The notes under the pieces: generated by a model | What the model was told of the DNA's origin: nothing | Seen by the model: only the letters and a program-made list of their open reading frames with translations | Database searches by the model: none | Shown: positions 55,221-58,780 of the stretch, in pieces | Layout of the letters: every line of letters begins with the position of its first letter | How positions within the stretch are numbered: the stretch's first letter is position 1 | Origin: a virus | Taxonomy: Duplodnaviria > Caudoviricetes | DNA length: 58,780 bases | Virus record (IMG/VR): IMGVR_UViG_3300008459_000049 | Span: 1 to 58,780 of that record | Strand: one strand, 5' to 3' | Position numbers and translations under genes: made by a program

Positions 55221-55583
55221 CTACTCGCCCTTACGACGATTGGCGTTAAGGGCTTCCCGCTCATCCCAAAGGTCGCGGGCAAGCGAAGGGTCGATATTCT
55301 CACCGCGACTGAAGGCAAGGATCATATCGAAAGCGCGAGCGGTTACACTAGGCGTGGAATCCTCAGTCTGGGGAACCTCACCGAACGGGAAAACGCCCCC
55401 CGTCTTTCCCTTCGTCTTTTCGACCATGCGGGTTTCCACCGAATAAGCCAGCTCTGCGGGAGTGAACCCAAGAGCATGAACAATATGCCCAGAGGGGCAA
55501 CCGCGACCATTCACCTTGACGTACTCCCGAACTGCAAGAGAAAGAGCCACAACGCGATCACCGTTCACAGTAGCCTTCGCCAT
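55221..55583 (-). CDS. Winged-helix-like DNA-binding protein, paralog B
   Basis: MVEKTKGKTGGVFP wing. SVTARAFDMILAFSRG..LARDLWDEREALNANRRK is shared with paralog A. Confidence 0.6.
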   Translation of the reverse strand: MAKATVNGDRVVALSLAVREYVKVNGRGCPSGHIVHALGFTPAELAYSVETRMVEKTKGKTGGVFPFGEVPQTEDSTPSVTARAFDMILAFSRGENIDPSLARDLWDEREALNANRRKGE

Positions 55584-55830
55584 TCGCCTATCCTACCTTT
55601 CGCGCTTTCGCGCCTTTCGTTTTGTGGCTTGCGGGAACCATTCCCGCTCACCGTCTTACCCACTCTTTATACCGTGGAACCCGTCCCGCTGTCCAGTCTT
55701 TTTTTCGACCCCTTGCTTTTTTCCTACCGTGCCGCGTCACCCGTTCACCGCGTCACCATTGTCTTTTCTCATATCCCGCCGGGGATTGCAAGCGGTTTTT
55801 TTTGGGCAGATCCAGGAATCGCTTTCTGCC

Positions 55831-56079
55831 TTATTCCCAATCCCATTCGGCGGCTGGCAAAATGCCATTTAGATCATCGCCATAAACATATTTGAGCAAA
55901 TGGGGCTGAATCTCATTCACCGAAACCGATCCGATCTCATTCTCGAAACCGTTTACAAGTGCTGTCCGAATATCGCTTCGGTGCTTATTGTCAATAAAAT
56001 AATATTCCCATCCATTCTTTAGAATGGCATATCCGTGGACAGTTATCCGCTGATTGCCATTCCGCATAATGCGAGACAT
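55831..56079 (-). CDS. Hypothetical early protein
   Basis: 82 aa with AAGGAG RBS. GWEYY..ALVNGFENEIGSV. Confidence 0.7.
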   Translation of the reverse strand: MSRIMRNGNQRITVHGYAILKNGWEYYFIDNKHRSDIRTALVNGFENEIGSVSVNEIQPHLLKYVYGDDLNGILPAAEWDWE

Positions 56080-56122
56080 ATCTCTACTCCTTTGTGGATA
56101 TTCTTTTTTTGTTTCTCTCTTG

Positions 56123-56359
56123 CTAGTTTATAGCAGACTGTCCATGATGATCTGGATTGAATCGGTTATTGAAAAAGACGATTGCGTCATCCAGCTTTGT
56201 GATATGATTGAAGAATAGGGTATTGAATATATCATCTGACGTATAACTTTCAACCAGTTCATCCCATCCTTCATTGTAGAATAAGCGCCCATATTCCATT
56301 AGTGCAGGAATCAAATCCTCTATCTCTATTTCCATTCTGTACTTATCGTCAATCTCCAT
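56123..56359 (-). CDS. Hypothetical early protein (paralog of 52915-53142)
   Basis: Start MEIDDK after GAGGA. Shares the Y..GWD.xVE motif. Confidence 0.65.
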   Translation of the reverse strand: MEIDDKYRMEIEIEDLIPALMEYGRLFYNEGWDELVESYTSDDIFNTLFFNHITKLDDAIVFFNNRFNPDHHGQSAIN

Positions 56360-56459
56360 TATTATTCCTCGCTGTTCTTTCCAGGAATATGGAGCATACC
56401 ATACCACCGATACCCGCGCAATGGTTTATTATAGGTATATTGAATATATCGGCATATCC

Positions 56460-56557
56460 AGCCGCCCTTTTAACCTATTATACCCGTACTAATATAGTAG
56501 GGTACTACTATATAGGTATAATAGGTTAAAAGGGCGGCTAGGTTAACCTATTATACC
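56460..56557. repeat. Perfect 25-bp inverted repeat plus a third partial copy
   Basis: AGCCGCCCTTTTAACCTATTATACC (56460-56484) / GGTATAATAGGTTAAAAGGGCGGCT (56515-56539). TTAACCTATTATACC recurs at 56543-56557. Confidence 0.92.
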
Positions 56558-56742
56558 TTATGTAATACATTGTTTGAGCACCCCCCACCCCGGTATTATA
56601 TTACCCACGATGGGGGGATTAGGTTACCGCTTATCCCCTAATGGTGTTCCCGATCCCAACACCATTGGCAGAAAGGGGGATGGGGGATAAGTGGATCTGC
56701 CCTATCACCGCAGATCACACAACGCTTTATATTATCCACTGT

Positions 56743-57417
56743 TTACTCCTTATGGGAGAAATACTTTTTCTGCCCTTCGGTCAAAGCCTTATTACCATGG
56801 TAAGTTAACCCAATCTTGATTGTTCCCTCGATAGCATTAACGTCAGTTTCTGAACCGTTTTCATACCCCGCACGGATACGATCATCATCCGTTGTGAAGA
56901 TACGGGAATGGGGCATATTAAGGTTTACAAGGTTATCGTGCTTTCCACCAAGGGACTGAGTGATACGGAAGTTTTCGGGCTTATTCCCAAACAGATCCAT
57001 ATTCACAGTCTTGGTATATGCATAAAAGATCATATGGGGAAGTGCCTTAGCGATATCACACCACTTGCGGTAATACTCCATATTGTAGAAATCACCTGAA
57101 TCATGGATACGGACAGTATTCACTTTCCGCATACGCTTCAAATCAGCGATTGCATTATCCACGAAATCGCTTTGGAGGGACATGGTGAGATTAAAGATAC
57201 GGGCATTAACCACATTAGAGAAACGGTACATACCCTGTTTCGCATAACAAGGATCACGACAAGCGAGAGCAGCGGGACAAGTATTATACTTTTTGCCATC
57301 CACCTGGAAATCATAATCAGCGGGGATACCGAAACCAACAATAGTGTAAACACCACCATTGTCCTTATTCAGCTTCTCATTACCGTTAGTCCACTTGAGG
57401 TAGAAAGGCTTTGCCAT
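56743..57417 (-). CDS. Gp88-family phage protein (Cys-cluster, radical-SAM-like)
   Basis: TCPAALACRDPCYAKQG, VRIHDSGDFY and FYAYTK pattern as in mycobacteriophage gp88-like proteins. Confidence 0.75.
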   Translation of the reverse strand: MAKPFYLKWTNGNEKLNKDNGGVYTIVGFGIPADYDFQVDGKKYNTCPAALACRDPCYAKQGMYRFSNVVNARIFNLTMSLQSDFVDNAIADLKRMRKVNTVRIHDSGDFYNMEYYRKWCDIAKALPHMIFYAYTKTVNMDLFGNKPENFRITQSLGGKHDNLVNLNMPHSRIFTTDDDRIRAGYENGSETDVNAIEGTIKIGLTYHGNKALTEGQKKYFSHKE

Positions 57418-57488
57418 TATCGTTTCCTCCGTTGCGGTGATGGTCGCTTATACCCCGGCACGCTTCCGTTGTCACGCCTTTTTTTAAG

Positions 57489-57752
57489 CTAAACGGGCAA
57501 ACCGCATTCCACAAAACGGTAGCCACGCTCTTGGAGGATAACACGCAAACTGTTTTGGTGGTTACTGGTAGTACAGGAATACCTATTCACATTCAAACGA
57601 TAGGGATCTCCGATATTATCAGGAGTAACAAGGATGATAGTATTATAGGAATAGATGTGAACACCGTCAGTCCAGATGGACTTATTCTTTTCCTTGTTAT
57701 CCCGAATGTTATTACGCCATGCCGTGAAAACCCGAATAGTGTTCTTCCGCAT
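57489..57752 (-). CDS. Hypothetical early protein
   Basis: Start MRKNTI after GGAGG. TDGVHIYSYNT..YSCTTSNHQ. Confidence 0.7.
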   Translation of the reverse strand: MRKNTIRVFTAWRNNIRDNKEKNKSIWTDGVHIYSYNTIILVTPDNIGDPYRLNVNRYSCTTSNHQNSLRVILQERGYRFVECGLPV

Positions 57753-57918
57753 AACGATACCCTCCGTTGTGTGCCGTTGTTCGATGGTGTGAATATACAC
57801 GACCGCACGCCCGCTGTCCACCCCATATTTAGGGCAAATGCAGGAACGGTGATAGGGATAAAGTTAAATGCTTTTGGGGCGGCTGGAAAACCCTTTATAG
57901 AAGCTCTTTAGGTGGTGC

Positions 57919-58113
57919 CTAATCTACTGGAGTTACGTTGCATACATCAACCCAACAATCATCCAGTTTCTCTAATGGCAGAAACCGCATATAGGCAATA
58001 CCTGTTTTATTTCTCAATCTAAGAATAATCCCATATGCATATCTGTCATTCTTATCTGCACTCCAAGCACGAATACGGGTTCTTGCCATCTGCCCAATCT
58101 TTAATGTGCTCAT
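57919..58113 (-). CDS. Small hypothetical protein (SH3-like beta-barrel pattern)
   Basis: 64 aa, LKIGQMAR..YGIILR..WVD. Confidence 0.55.
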   Translation of the reverse strand: MSTLKIGQMARTRIRAWSADKNDRYAYGIILRLRNKTGIAYMRFLPLEKLDDCWVDVCNVTPVD

Positions 58114-58319
58114 GAGTGTATCCTAAAATCCCATGTACGATTGTTAAATGCAGCAGAGGGATATGTAACGTTATTACTTAGATTCCATAAATCATATCTT
58201 TCATCTGTTACACTATCACCGGGATGTACCTTTAGTATAAACAGGTAATATATTTCATTCTTTCGATTAACATCTTTTGGATGCCCAATGATAATCTGTC
58301 CAGCTACTGGCTTTATCAT
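58110..58319 (-). CDS. Small hypothetical protein
   Basis: 69 aa, ATGA-coupled to the downstream gene. Promoter immediately upstream. Confidence 0.55.
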   Translation of the reverse strand: MIKPVAGQIIIGHPKDVNRKNEIYYLFILKVHPGDSVTDERYDLWNLSNNVTYPSAAFNNRTWDFRIHS

Positions 58320-58576
58320 AGCTTATCCTAGCATATATCCAACTTGGAGTCAAGTAGATATTAGGAACATATAGGGAAAGGGGATTGCTATTATATCCCT
58401 ATTCTCCCCAATCCCTATATGCTTATAACCCCTATTAACCCTTACGGTTTAGACGCCTCGCTCTACGCTTTTTACTTCCTAACTTCCTTCGACCTTTACG
58501 TGGGCGGTTCTTATGTGGATGTGGCATACGGGTATCACCTCCCTTCTATACTGGTATATAGGTATTGGGCATATTG

Positions 58577-58650
58577 CCAGCCGCCCGTAGGGCGGTAAAC
58601 CAATTATACCGTTATCCTTAACCTTTTTTCCGCCCCAAAGGGGCGGCTGG
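58577..58650. repeat. Nested inverted repeats related to the 56460 element
   Basis: Outer CCAGCCGCCC / GGGCGGCTGG. Inner hairpins CCGCCC-GTA-GGGCGG and CCGCCCC-AAA-GGGGCGG. Confidence 0.8.
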
Positions 58651-58780
58651 TTACTTGTAAAACATTGTTTAGACCCCCCCTACCCTACTGGAATATTGGG
58701 GCTTATACTACATATGGTATAGGGTCTGGATTGAACATAGGGTTTAGGCTAATACCCCCACTACATATAGTGGACTACCC

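Larger units (their letters stand above)
53185..58353 (-). promoter_or_regulatory. Dense series of minus-strand sigma70-like promoters, roughly one per gene
   Basis: 17-bp-spaced pairs: TTGCAC/GATAAC 53185-53213, TTGCAC/GATAAA 53867-53895, TGGACA/TACAAA 54346-54374, TTGACC/TATAAC 54609-54637, TTGACT/TAGTGT 55145-55173, TTGCGC/TATGCT 56393-56421, GTGACA/TATAAG 57447-57475, TGGACA/TATATT 57792-57820, TTGACT/TAGGAT 58325-58353. Confidence 0.7.

Noticed and set aside
52693-55895. Long plus-strand ORFs (192, 271, 248, 278 aa) as products of the plus-strand promoters
   Set aside because: They overlap well-supported minus-strand genes and repeats, have no recognisable motifs, and are expected by chance at higher GC. 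The 271- and 248-aa ORFs also start upstream of, and run through, the cassettes.
1-58780. Stop-codon reassignment as seen in some large phages
   Set aside because: Very long ORFs and tight gene packing under the standard code. TAA, TGA and TAG all terminate plausible genes.
1-58780. Reverse transcriptase systems (DGR, retron), integrase or transposase
   Set aside because: No RT, recombinase or transposase motifs were recognised in any ORF. The duplicated spike domain differs at many non-adenine positions, unlike a DGR template/variable pair.

Overview
Fragment of a large, AT-rich, myovirus-like (jumbo-type) dsDNA phage genome. It reads in the standard genetic code and almost all genes are on the minus strand. 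Left to right: (1) 1-23.2 kb, baseplate/virion module: a 3118-aa LamG/beta-propeller wedge-like protein, gp6-like and gp25-like wedge proteins, a 1986-aa protein, and a split gp5-like spike whose N-terminal gene carries an M15 peptidase. (2) 23.2-24.9 kb, a phage sigma-factor-like gene and small genes. (3) 24.9-34.7 kb, a glycosylation cluster: Gmd, a His-type ColD-like dehydratase and an Fcl/ColC-like reductase, which together predict GDP-colitose/fucose synthesis, plus several glycosyltransferases. (4) 34.7-52.1 kb, accessory genes: Cas4-like nuclease, PIN-PhoH, SpoU methylase, tRNA-Gly, an atypical tRNA-Ala next to an antisense HNH gene and an orphan tRNA 5' fragment, ClpP-like protease, two GH19 muramidases, DnaQ-like exonuclease, HNH nucleases and candidate head-internal proteins. 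(5) 52.2-58.8 kb, a visibly GC-richer early-type region of small genes, most with their own sigma70-like promoter. The most unusual structure lies in region 5: three cassettes of face-to-face consensus sigma70 promoters whose predicted start sites meet on a GC-rich palindrome. They are interspersed with long inverted repeats and two paralogous winged-helix-like genes. All calls come from motif recognition by eye; no searches were run.
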